This document shows positions 14,523 to 27,160 of a DNA stretch of 64,000 nt, one piece after another (positions within the stretch are counted from its first letter, which is position 1; each line of letters starts with the position of its first letter). The stretch comes from Eledone cirrhosa. Lineage: Eukaryota. The notes beneath the pieces are model-generated. The model was not told the origin of the DNA. It was given only the letters and a program-made list of their open reading frames with translations, and made no database searches. Where the stretch lies: contig OZ024747.1 of assembly GCA_964016885.1 (NCBI GenBank), forward strand, positions 73,284,001 to 73,348,000, in the 5' to 3' direction. The position numbers and the translations under genes are program-made.

Positions 14523-16164
14523 CATTAACAACCACATTATTATAGCGACAATTTAATTAGTATTGATATTAGTATTACTAATACAGCAATACAGTTCAAT
14601 TTATATAATCAATATGATGTCGAACTTATACAAGAGTTTTTTTAAAAAACATTGAAACAAATTCGAAGAAATGTAGGAACATTTTCTTTTCACAAAATGT
14701 CCTTTTAAAAACCAAGGGGCGTCCATTAGGTTAGCAAATGTAGTAATTACCAAATTAGCTGCATCAATTACAGCAACTGTGCACATACTCCAATTACTGT
14801 TACTTTAAGAATCTCACCTAACATATGAACAGCAAGCAAATACATTTATGAAATATTTTCTAAAAACCATAAACGAAAACGTAAACAGAAAATTGTAAAA
14901 GAAACTATGAGATATACACTACGAGTCTAAACCACGGCACTAATTGTTTGTTTTTACTGTCAGGGACGGGAAGAGCAATAAAGTAATAAAGTACTCTAAA
15001 TTTGTAAACAATCACAAACATTATCTAAAGTCTCGATGGAATTATTGCAATGTCTTCTTCAACTACTGATATCAACACAGACCTCCCCCCGCCTCAAATC
15101 CAGGATCTCGCTACAACTTTACGACCCTGAACCAATTCACTCACCATGAAGTCATACGCCTTCTTCGGGGATAATCTTATGTTAATAACCCCTAAACTGC
15201 ACATTCCACCCATGAACGCTAGTTCAGTGAATTAGACTTGGTCACATCTCATAGATCTTATATAAAATATACGTGATGCAAAGATATATAAACAAAGACA
15301 ACCCAACCTAGTTTCTGGTTATTTACTTATACACAACGTAGTATATTCCATGTTAAGAAACAACACAAAATGCTGACCATAAAAATATTTCTGATGCCTC
15401 CAAAGTTTTACAGTAACCAAAAACAACACGTCTCGAATTTGTAATTTCTCGAATCGCGTTTCACATCAATCTTCCCATACATTCTATTTAACGAATATAA
15501 TTACACCCTATCCACATCTACAAAACACATATGTCATCATATTAATGCCTTTCACGTGGCTTCAGAACAGCTGCATGGTTATCCTAATTCCTGACCAATG
15601 AACTGGAATCATGTCTCCAAGACAACATACTTAAAGTAGCATCTAAACTATAATAAAGTAAGGTCGGCGGGACTGCGTATAGTTTATTTCTTTTAATCCA
15701 GTTAGTAAAATAAGTTGGATTACTTAAAATAAATAATAAGAACATGGTATTTTATGATTTTGTTCCGTTCAGCTGCGGATACTGTAGCTCGCGCCCTTAC
15801 CGCTGCATCCAGAATGTGGTAAAAAGCAAAAGAGTCACTAACTGTGACGCCCCAGTTAAGGCACCTGCCTCTTTACACAGAGTAAGAGCGTCAAGTCTTT
15901 TCCCATCAATTCAGGAAAACCCAGACGGTTCCAAAATAGAGGGGATGTTTGCCCGGACCAAAGCTCTTGAGTGGTAATAGGACAGTGTGTATGTGCGTGC
16001 GCGTGAGTTTGTTGGCGTTCTTAAATTAGAGACACGTGAGTGTGTGTGTCACTGTTTTAAAATTAGACATATATATGTGTGTATCCCTTTCCTTCCTTTT
16101 ACACACATATACATTCACACAAACACACCTACACATTGTGTGAGTCCCTCAAATTTATATACAT

Positions 16165-16435
16165 GTGAATGGAGTTCTACTGAAGCAGTTAGAGAAGTTC
16201 AAGTATCTTGGAGCCGTGATGGAGGCTGAATTAAGTGTAAGAATTGCAAAAGCTGATGCAGTAATGCGCCACCCTCAGCATTCAGCAATCAGAAGAAGGG
16301 GGGGGGGGTGTAAAAGCCAAACTCGCTGTCTTCCTGGTATTCCTGCCAACTCTTACCGAGGATCATGAATCTTGAGTAATGACCAAAAGAATACAATTGC
16401 AAATAAAAGTGGCAGAAATGGGATTACTCGATAAA
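16165..16435 (+). mobile_element. RTE-clade (Rex3/Expander-like) LINE RT fragment
   Basis: LKQLEKFKYLGAVMEAELSVRIAKADAVMR, then PTLTEDHES*VMTKRIQLQIKVAEMGLL (cf. PTLTYGHExWVMTERxRSxIQAAEMxFLR). Confidence 0.8.
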
Positions 16436-16487
16436 CTCAGAGACCATAACTAGAATGTCTCAGTAAAGAATCGCTGGACACATAATA

Positions 16488-17168
16488 AATAATTATTGTG
16501 GGTAATATGGTGGGTAAAATGATTATCGTGGGTAAGTTGTGGGTAAAATGATTATTGTGGGTAAGTTTTGGTTAAAATGATTATTGTGGGTATGGGTAGG
16601 TAAAATGATTATCGTGGGTAAAATGGTGGGTAAAAAAGGTAGGTAAAATAATAATTGTGGGTAAACTGGTAGGTAAAATAATTATTGTGGGTAAAGTTGT
16701 GGGTAAAATGATTATTGTTGGTAGTGGTAGGTAAAATCATTATCGTGGGTAACAAGGTGGGTAAAAATAATTATAGTGGGTAAAATGTGGGTAAAATCAT
16801 TATTGTAGGTAGCAAGGTGGGTAAATAGATATAGTGGGTAATAGGAGGGTAAAATGATTAATTAGGGTAATTGGGTGGGTATAATAATTACTGTGGTATA
16901 TTGGTGGGTAAAAGAATTATTGTGGGTAAAATGGTAGGTAAAATAAGTATTATGGGTAATGTTGTGGGTAAAATGATTATTGTGGGTAAAGCTGTGGGTA
17001 AAATGATTACTGTGGGTAAAATGGTGGGTAAAATAATTATTGTGGGTAAATGGTAGGTAAAATAAGTATTGTGGCTAATGTGGTTGGTAAAATGATTATT
17101 GTGGGTAAAGTTGTTGGTAAGATGATTATTGTGGGTAAATGGTGGATAAAATATTTATTGTGGGTAAA
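16488..17168. repeat. G-rich minisatellite, ~30-bp unit (GTGGGTAAAATGGTAGGTAAAATAATTATT), diverged left part
   Basis: Tandem units directly visible. Confidence 0.9.
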
Positions 17169-17655
17169 AAACGGATCTCTCCAATAATAAACGACCCCCC
17201 CCCCAAATAAAAAACGGACCCCCAAATTAAAAACGGACCTCCCCCAATAAAAAATGAATCCTCCAAAGAAAAAATGGCACCCCCCTAAATAAAAAACAGA
17301 CCCCTCCAAATATAAAACGGACTCCCCAAATAAAAAACGGATCCCCCCAAATAAAAAGCAGATCAACCCCAAATAAAAAACGGATCCCCATATAAAAAAC
17401 AGATCCCCCCATACAAAAAACGAACCCCGCCAAATAAAAAAACGGATCCCCCAAATAAAAAACGGATCCCCCCCCAAATAATAAACAGATCCCCCCCAAA
17501 TAAAAAACGGACCCCACCTCAATAAAAAAGGATCCCCAAATAAACCCCCCCCCCGAATAAAAAACGGACCCCCAAATAAAAAACAGATCCCCCCAAAATA
17601 AAAAACAGATCCCCCCAAATAAAAAACGGACCCCCCCCTCAAATACAAAACGGAA
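17169..17655. repeat. C-rich minisatellite, ~21-bp unit (CCCCCCAAATAAAAAACGGAT) nested in the G-rich array
   Basis: About 22 tandem units with variable C-run length. Confidence 0.9.
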
Positions 17656-18026
17656 TATTGTGGGTTAATGGTGGGTAAAATAATGATTGTGAGTAGTGGT
17701 AGATAAAATAATTATTGTGGGTAAAGTGGTAGGTAAAATAATTATTGTGGGTAAAGTGGTAGGTAAAATGGTAGGTAAAATAATTATTGTGGGTAAAGTG
17801 GTAGGTAAAATAATTATTGTGGGTAAAGTGGTAGGTAAAATGGTAGGTAAAATAATTATTGTGGGTAAAGTGGTAGCTAAAATAATTATTGTGCGTAATG
17901 TGGTAGGTAAATAGGTAGGTAAAATAATTATTGTGGGTAAAAAGGTAGGTAAAATAATTATTGTGGGTAAAGTGGTTGGTAAAATAATTATTGTGGGTAA
18001 AGTGGTAGGTAAAATGGTGGGTGAAA
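17656..18026. repeat. G-rich minisatellite, homogeneous right part (30-bp and 12-bp subunits)
   Basis: GTGGGTAAAGTGGTAGGTAAAATAATTATT repeated, with GGTAGGTAAAAT inserts. Confidence 0.9.
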
Positions 18027-18365
18027 TCAAGAAAGGGAGAAAGAGGGTAGGAAGTGGAGTAAAGGGGGTAGGGAATGAATGGGTTGGAAGAGGCGGCAGT
18101 GGAAGAAGGGGAGGAAAACATCAAGGGAAGGAACGATGGAAAAGAGGAGGGAAGACAGCAAGTTCAAGAAATAGGGGAAAAGAGGATAAAAAATGGGGAA
18201 AAGTAGGGAAGAGGGGTAAAGAGGGATACGAAGTGTGAAAGTGTGGGAAAGAGGCGGAAAAGGGTGTAATGAGGGAGAATCAACACCACGTGGTCAACCA
18301 CAAGACAATGAGGTCACGTAAAGTGATAAGTTGTTTCTTTCACAAGAAATTTGAAGAGAGGGGGG

Positions 18366-18545
18366 TCAGTGGCAGCTGCCAATGATTCTACAATCAAAGC
18401 AGCTTACAGATACCGTACTCTCTCTCTCCACAGAGGCTCACATGGACATTCGCCGTCGCTGATACCCATGAGTCTATCATTGGAGCAGACTTCCTTCGGG
18501 CTTACTCACTGCTGGACGATGATCAGGGGAGACGACTCGTCTACC
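18366..18545 (+). mobile_element. Gypsy LTR-retrotransposon aspartic protease fragment
   Basis: VAAANDSTIKAAYRYRTLSL, then in a shifted frame TWTFAVADTHESIIGADFLRAYSLLDDDQGRRLV, matching AANGSxI.TYG...W.FxVADV..PIIGADFL...LLVD...RRL. Confidence 0.85.
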
Positions 18546-18836
18546 TAATCCATCATCTCCTTTATTATCAGTAGCTATCATATTCAACAACATAAACATA
18601 TCACAAACACATGCATATATACACATTCACGTACATACACAAAACCACACACCCTAAACAAAATAAAAAACAACAGTCGTTACATGTAAGATATATCACT
18701 ACGATATTTACAGCACATATAGAATACAGTAAAGTAACCACAAACTTACAAACAAAATGGCCACACTCCCTAAATAGTTTAGTGAAAACATAAGGGAACA
18801 GTACTTACCCAAAGATAACAGCAGAAGGATTTTAAT

Positions 18837-19328
18837 TGTCAAGTTGAATATGTATAGAGAGGTCAGGGCAGCAAGAGTAGATCCAGGAGTAGATCCCGAG
18901 CAAGATGGTTGGATAATATCCATGAGATTCGCTGGTCACGCTTGGGGATCCAACCGAATCACTTGGAGACGGTTGCTTCTGTCGGGATCCGCTGGAAGGA
19001 GTGTTTGAGGACTCTTCCCCGCACGACCCTCTCAAGAAGAAGAAGAAGAAGAAGAAGAAGAAGAAGAAGAAGAAGAAGAAGAACAACAACAACAACAATA
19101 CGACGACGACGTTCGGATGGAGTCGATCCCGTCTACCTATCTTGAGTGCAACACCAGACTTGAAGCTGTATAACTTATGAGAGGGTTTCATTTCACCCCA
19201 ACTCCACAGGAATAGGTGGTATATAGTCCCTAAGTAGACGCTGTCACGGCATATCTGGACGAAGTAATCTTTGGTTTGCAATAGACGTTGAATAAACTAA
19301 TGCTAGACTTTTCCACTTGAGTAACACA
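18837..19328 (+). mobile_element. Possible solo LTR containing a (GAA)n/(CAA)n/(CGA)n tract
   Basis: TG...CA ends, AATAAA at 19291, higher GC than flanks, next to a Gypsy fragment. No convincing TSD. Confidence 0.3.
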
Positions 19329-19440
19329 ATCACAACACAACTCCCCCAAAACAACAACAAACGACACATCAAATTAGATTTAAAAAAACGATAACGGTGT
19401 TTAAATAACGATAACGGTGTTTAAATATTTTCATCTGAAT

Positions 19441-19476
<36 letters not shown>

Positions 19477-19829
19477 ACACACACACATATATATATAGTT
19501 AATGAATATATATTTTTTCAAAATGTCAAAACATTCACTTAACAATGCACCATTTCATCTATTTTCGTTAATAACATCCCACAAGCTATCATGAGTAGAT
19601 TGTCATCTCACATGATAGAGTAATTAACATTATTTTTATTCAACTCATTTAGATCCAAGATCCTCGCTCATTCTCATAACATTATATTGAACTTATCTGA
19701 TGTTAAAAATATCTTTTTTCAGTTTCTCTCAGATTCTATCTATTTCATGTTTAATAAATATATATACATCCACGCACACGCACATATATACAGGCATATA
19801 TAGACATAGATATGTATATGTTCATCCGT

Positions 19830-19896
<67 letters not shown>

Positions 19897-20039
19897 CTCC
19901 GTCATTGACTGCCACATCGGAATTGGAAGAATACCTATGATTTGAGTGCTTGACGCTAACTACATCATTACTTATTTATTCGTGTGTTGCAAAGGCAACA
20001 CTACTTACTCAATGTTTTATATCGTAAATACACACACAC

Positions 20040-20123
<84 letters not shown>

Positions 20124-20293
20124 ACAGACATATATATACAATTGGAAAATATGTGTCAAAATCAGAGAGAAACTGGATAAAAAAGAGATAAACATAAAGT
20201 CAGATATAAATATGGAGGAAGGGAGTGAAAATGGATATGTGGCTAGTACGAGAGATAGATACAGACACATAGACAGACACACACGTGGAGAGA

Positions 20294-20380
<87 letters not shown>

Positions 20381-21099
20381 TGGAAAGATCGCTGACCTGT
20401 GTGGGGGGAGCAAGAGGCCTTTATTGAAAGGGTTTAACAATTCAACTCTACCAAGTACGAATTATTTTTCCAGGCTTAGGCTGGATACCTTTTCAACAGA
20501 TTGCATACTTCTTTCTCTCTCATCTAGAAGAATTTAAACCATTGGTCGTTTCTGTTGAAACAATGAACTACTTGTGAGGTAGGCTTAATCTGGAGCCTGG
20601 TTTAACACCAACACTGGGTTATCAGGTACATTAGAAACAACTATCGGAATATCCTTAAGAAAAATGGTACTTTTCTCAAATAATTCTCCGAAAAAACGAA
20701 AATAATTTCGAATTCATGTTACTTTGCATGGATAAATTAATCAATGATGCATTTTGTATTTACTGGGACTGCAGTAATATAAATAGGCCATGAGATTTAA
20801 CCCCCTCAGCTGGATAGAAATCTTACACTGTTGAAATTTTGAAGTTATCTTATAAAAACAATATTCTAACGGCATTATTGTTTCTCAGAAGAAATAACCT
20901 TAAGAATAGGTTCATAGACTTTCTTCATAACAGTGTCGATTACTTCCTTTACATCTGTTATATAAATATACTTTTCAATTGTATGTGGCACTCCTTTTAT
21001 ATGGCAAAGAATAAGTTAGATGCCTTCAATTTCGCTTTAAATATGGGTAGATGTAGACACAGCAGGGAGGAATGATTAATAATTTTTGTTAGCAACTAT

Positions 21100-21210
21100 T
21101 GGGTATCTGGTTCTATCCCTCTTCTTGCCATCTCGAGCAAGTGTGATTTACCATAACCTCGGGACGACCCAATCTTTGTAAGTGAAATCTGGTAGACGGA
21201 AAAAGTTTAA
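21100..21210 (+). mobile_element. Decayed SINE fragment, family C
   Basis: GAGCAAGTG...ACCTCGGGACGACC...TTTGTAAGTGAAATCTGGTAGACGGAAA; a related reverse copy lies at ~50620-50705. Confidence 0.5.
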
Positions 21211-21674
21211 AAGCATGTTGGATAGACTGTGCCTATAATTTATACAGCCAGTCTTATCTCACTATCTGCCACATTGAATATTACTGAGAATTGAATGATG
21301 ATACACGTGTCTGTGGAAGGATCAGCCACTTACACATTCCTTTCACGAACAGGCTGTCCGCTGATGAAATAAATTGAGCGGTTATCGTCGAGACCGATTG
21401 AGTTCTATTATATTTGAAAATATATGACGGTGACTTAAGCAAGGATATTAAATATGGACATGTTCCAAACATTTATTTAGTGTCTCAAGGAAAACTGAAA
21501 ATAATTGTTTTACTCATCTGAATGAATAGAGTTTTAAAGGAGGCTTTTGTCTTCATCATTAAATGTCATTTCACATACAAACACAAACATATATCATTAG
21601 TGACGAAATAATTTCAGCAACTTTTAAATATTTCTCTGATTACTGCCAACATTTCTCAAATAGTTGGCTGTATA

Positions 21675-24600
21675 GGAGATTTCTGAATGGAGGTATGTCC
21701 ACTCGTTATAAGAAGGATTTCATTGGAGATTTCTGAATAGAGGTATGTCCACTCGTTATAAGAAGGATTTCATTGGAGACTTCTGAATAGAGGTATGTCC
21801 ACAAGTTATAAGAAGGATTTCATTGGAGACTTCTGAATAGAGGTATGTCCACAAGTTATAAGAAGGATTTCATTGGAGACTTCTGAATAGAGGTTTGTCC
21901 ACTCGTTATAAGAAGGATTTCATTGGAGACTTCTGAATAGAGGTATGTCCACAAGTTATAAGAAGGATTTCATTGGAGACTTCTGAATAGAGGTATGTCC
22001 ACTCGTTATAAGAAGGATTTCATTGGAGACTTCTGAATAGAGGTTTGTCCACTCGTTATAAGAAGGATTTCATTGGAGACTTCTGAATAGAGGTTTGTCC
22101 ACTCGTTATAAGAAGGATTTCATTGGAGACTTCTGAATAGAGGTTTGTCCACTCGTTATAAGAAGGATTTCATTGGAGACTTCTGAATAGAGGTTTGTCC
22201 ACTCGTTATAAGAAGGATTTCATTGGAGACTTCTGAATAGAGGTATGTCCACTCGTTATAAGAAGGATTTCATTGGAGATTTCTGAATAGAGGTTTGTCC
22301 ACAAGTTATAAGAAGGATTTCATTGGAGACTTCTGAATAGAGGTATGTCCACAAGTTATAAGAAGGATTTCATTGGAGACTTCTGAATAGAGGTATGTCC
22401 ACAAATTATAAGAAGGATTTCATTGGAGACTTCTGAATAGAGGTTTGTCCACTCGTTATAAGAAGGATTTCATTGGAGACTTCTGAATAGAGGTATGTCC
22501 ACAAATTATAAGAAGGATTTCATTGGAGACTTCTGAATAGAGGTTTGTCCACTCGTTATAAGAAGGATTTCATTGGAGACTTCTGAATAGAGGTATGTCC
22601 ACTCGTTATAAGAAGGATTTCATTGGAGACTTCTGAATAGAGGTTTGTCCACTCGTTATAAGAAGGATTTCATTGGAGACTTCTGAATAGAGGTTTGTCC
22701 ACTCGTTATAAGAAGGATTTCATTGGAGACTTCTGAATAGAGGTTTGTCCACTCGTTATAAGAAGGATTTCATTGGAGACTTCTGAATAGAGGTTTGTCC
22801 ACTCGTTATAAGAAGGATTTCATTGGAGACTTCTGAATAGAGGTATGTCCACTCGTTATAAGAAGGATTTCATTGGAGATTTCTGAATAGAGGTTTGTCC
22901 ACTCGTTATAAGAAGGATTTCATTGGAGACTTCTGAATAGAGGTATGTCCACAAGTTATAAGAAGGATTTCATTGGAGACTTCTGAATAGAGGTATGTCC
23001 ACAAATTATAAGAAGGATTTCATTGGAGACTTCTGAATAGAGGTTTGTCCACTCGTTATAAGAAGGATTTCATTGGAGACTTCTGAATAGAGGTATGTCC
23101 ACAAATTATAAGAAGGATTTCATTGGAGACTTCTGAATAGAGGTTTGTCCACTCGTTATAAGAAGGATTTCATTGGAGACTTCTGAATAGAGGTATGTCC
23201 ACTCGTTATAAGAAGGATTTCATTGGAGACTTCTGAATAGAGGTATGTCCACAAGTTATAAGAAGGATTTCATTGGAGATTTCTGAATAGAGGTATGTCC
23301 ACTCGTTATAAGAAGGATTTCATTGGAGACTTCTGAATAGAGGTTTGTCCACTCGTTATAAGAAGGATTTCATTGGAGACTTCTGAATAGAGGTATGTCC
23401 ACTCGTTATAAGAAGGATTTCATTGGAGACTTCTGAATAGAGGTATGTCCACAAGTTATAAGAAGGATTTCATTGGAGATTTCTGAATAGAGGTATGTCC
23501 ACTCGTTATAAGAAGGATTTCATTGGAGACTTCTGAATAGAGGTATGTCCACTCGTTATAAGAAGGATTTCATTGGAGACTTCTGAATAGAGGTATGTCC
23601 ACAAGTTATAAGAAGGATTTCATTGGAGACTTCTGAATAGAGGTATGTCCACAAGTTATAAGAAGGATTTCATTGGAGACTTCTGAATAGAGGTTTGTCC
23701 ACAAGTTATAAGAAGGATTTCATTGGAGACTTCTGAATAGAGGTTTGTCCACAAGTTATAAGAAGGATTTCATTGGAGACTTCTGAATAGAGGTATGTCC
23801 ACTCGTTATAAGAAGGATTTCATTGGAGACTTCTGAATAGAGGTTTGTCCACAAGTTATAAGAAGGATTTCATTGGAGACTTCTGAATAGAGGTTTGTCC
23901 ACTCGTTATAAGAAGGATTTCATTGGAGACTTCTGAATAGAGGTTTGTCCACAAGTTATAAGAAGGATTTCATTGGAGACTTCTGAATAGAGGTATGTCC
24001 ACTCGTTATAAGAAGGATTTCATTGGAGACTTCTGAATAGAGGTATGTCCACAAGTTATAAGAAGGATTTCATTGGAGACTTCTGAATAGAGGTATGTCC
24101 ACAAGTTATAAGAAGGATTTCATTGGAGACTTCTGAATAGAGGTATGTCCACTCGTTATAAGAAGGATTTCATTGGAGACTTCTGAATAGAGGTATGTCC
24201 ACAAGTTATAAGAAGGATTTCATTGGAGACTTCTGAATAGAGGTTTGTCCACAAGTTATAAGAAGGATTTCATTGGAGACTTCTGAATAGAGGTTTGTCC
24301 ACAAGTTATAAGAAGGATTTCATTGGAGACTTCTGAATAGAGGTATGTCCACTCGTTATAAGAAGGATTTCATTGGAGACTTCTGAATAGAGGTTTGTCC
24401 ACAAGTTATAAGAAGGATTTCATTGGAGACTTCTGAATAGAGGTATGTCCACAAATTATAAGAAGGATTTCATTGGAGACTTCTGAATAGAGGTATGTCC
24501 ACTCGTTATAAGAAGGATTTCATTGGAGACTTCTGAATAGAGGTATGTCCACAAGTTATAAGAAGGATTTCATTGGAGATTTCTGAATAGAGGTATGTCC

Positions 24601-25874
24601 ACTCGTTATAAGAAGGATTTCATTGGAGACTTCTGAATAGAGGTATGTCCACTCGTTATAAGAAGGATTTCATTGGAGACTTCTGAATAGAGGTATGTCC
24701 ACAAGTTATAAGAAGGATTTCATTGGAGACTTCTGAATAGAGGTATGTCCACAAGTTATAAGAAGGATTTCATTGGAGACTTCTGAATAGAGGTATGTCC
24801 ACAAATTATAAGAAGGATTTCATTGGAGACTTCTGAATAGAGGTATGTCCACTCGTTATAAGAAGGATTTCATTGGAGACTTCTGAATAGAGGTTTGTCC
24901 ACAAGTTATAAGAAGGATTTCATTGGAGACTTCTGAATAGAGGTATGTCCACAAATTATAAGAAGGATTTCATTGGAGACTTCTGAATAGAGGTATGTCC
25001 ACTCGTTATAAGAAGGATTTCATTGGAGACTTCTGAATAGAGGTATGTCCACAAGTTATAAGAAGGATTTCATTGGAGATTTCTGAATAGAGGTATGTCC
25101 ACTCGTTATAAGAAGGATTTCATTGGAGACTTCTGAATAGAGGTATGTCCACTCGTTATAAGAAGGATTTCATTGGAGACTTCTGAATAGAGGTATGTCC
25201 ACAAGTTATAAGAAGGATTTCATTGGAGACTTCTGAATAGAGGTATGTCCACAAGTTATAAGAAGGATTTCATTGGAGACTTCTGAATAGAGGTATGTCC
25301 ACAAATTATAAGAAGGATTTCATTGGAGACTTCTGAATAGAGGTATGTCCACAAGTTATAAGAAGGATTTCATTGGAGACTTCTGAATAGAGGTATGTCC
25401 ACTCGTTATAAGAAGGATTTCATTGGAGACTTCTGAATAGAGGTATGTCCACAAGTTATAAGAAGGATTTCATTGGAGACTTCTGAATAGAGGTATGTCC
25501 ACAAATTATAAGAAGGATTTCATTGGAGACTTCTGAATAGAGGTATGTCCACAAGTTATAAGAAGGATTTCATTGGAGACTTCTGAATAGAGGTTTGTCC
25601 ACAAGTTATAAGAAGGATTTCATTGGAGACTTCTGAATAGAGGTATGTCCACTCGTTATAAGAAGGATTTCATTGGAGACTTCTGAATAGAGGTATGTCC
25701 ACTCGTTATAAGAAGGATTTCATTGGAGACTTCTGAATAGAGGTATGTCCACTCGTTATAAGAAGGATTTCATTGGAGACTTCTGAATAGAGGTATGTCC
25801 ACAAGTTATAAGAAGGATTTCATTGGAGACTTCTGAATAGAGGTATGTCCACAAGTTATAAGAAGGATTTCATT
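21675..25874. repeat. Homogeneous 50-bp tandem satellite, ~84 copies
   Basis: Unit TTCTGAATAGAGGT(A/T)TGTCCAC(TCG/AAG/AAA)TTATAAGAAGGATTTCATTGGAGA(C/T), no indels, no spacers. Confidence 0.98.
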
Positions 25875-26570
25875 TTCATGAGTGGTCATCCTCCCGACGC
25901 ACCGGTTTCTGTTCATGTTTTAGTAGCAAAGTTTGTAGTCAGTTGGTAGAGTCACTAGAGTGTAGGAGAAACTACCAGCAAGTTGCAACACGTATACGAA
26001 GATGAGATGATGTCGCGTTCATGGGTTTTCGAGTGGCACAAAACGTGGAAGACGACTCATCAAGGGAAAGGCCTTCAACGAGCAAGACTGAGGTCAACTT
26101 TGAGCGTGTGTGGCATGTAGTGCGTGGTGATCGTCGGCTAACTGTTTGACTGATCGCAAGTTAGCTGGGCATGAACCACGACAACGTTTGGAAGATCATG
26201 ACTAATGATTCTGGTATGCTGAATGTCTACGCGAAGACAGTGAACTATGCTGAACTATGACCAGAAGGAGCGGCGCATGCAGGTGTGTCAGAACATCGAG
26301 CGAATTGAAACCGACCCTGACTTGCTGGTAAGAGTCATCAAAGCCGTTGATTCATTGATCGTCGAATACGACCCAATTTCCGTGACGGCGGAGTTGCGGG
26401 TAACCCCGGGAGAATCCTTTCATGGAGGTGTGGGGGAAAAGGGACGGGAGAGTGCGTTAGACTTGAGTGGGATTATTAGGAAGAGGTAAAATTGGAGTTT
26501 GTAGTTTCGGTTTGAAACGTCTTTATTTTTGTTGCGAGCCCAGTTTGTTTCTTTTCTGACACACCTCGTA
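25875..26570 (+). mobile_element. Decayed, internally deleted mariner DNA transposon
   Basis: Frameshifted transposase: KLQHVYEDEMMSRSWVFEWHK / VEDDSSRERPSTSKTEVNFERV..VVRGDRRLTV / LNYDQKERRMQVCQ...DPDLLVRVI...EYDP. The right TIR reads TACGAGGTGTGTCAGAAAAG on the minus strand, ending at TA 26569-26570. Confidence 0.9.
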
Positions 26571-26833
26571 GATATCTTTTTATATAAATACTGATTTCAG
26601 TTATTACACAGGGGCAACGCTTGAACATCGTTTGATACCTATTTATCTAAATGTATATGTATGTCTATGCTCACATATTAAATACACACACATATATTAT
26701 TAAGAATGACAGTTATAAGTTTCTCCTTCTTACAAACACAACAGATTATGCGTAGGTATGAAAATCTATTTGTTTTATAGTTCCCAGTGTTGTATATGTT
26801 ATATTTTGTTTGAAGTATACATAGCTGAATCTA

Positions 26834-26900
<67 letters not shown>

Positions 26901-26907
26901 ACCCCCC

Positions 26908-26941
<34 letters not shown>

Positions 26942-27058
26942 CACTGTCTATATATATATGCGTATGTTTTATCTGAATCTACGTATTTATGGTTTAAACT
27001 GACACACATATTGGCGTAGGTTTGTGTACGCGTATATGTGTATATATATATATGTACT

Positions 27059-27115
<57 letters not shown>

Positions 27116-27160
27116 GCACATAGACATGCACACACACATATATACATATATATAATATAT

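Noticed and set aside
21675-25874. CRISPR-like or coding repeat array
   Set aside because: No unique spacers, no cas genes, eukaryotic context. The 50-bp unit is not a multiple of three and the track shows no ORF across it.
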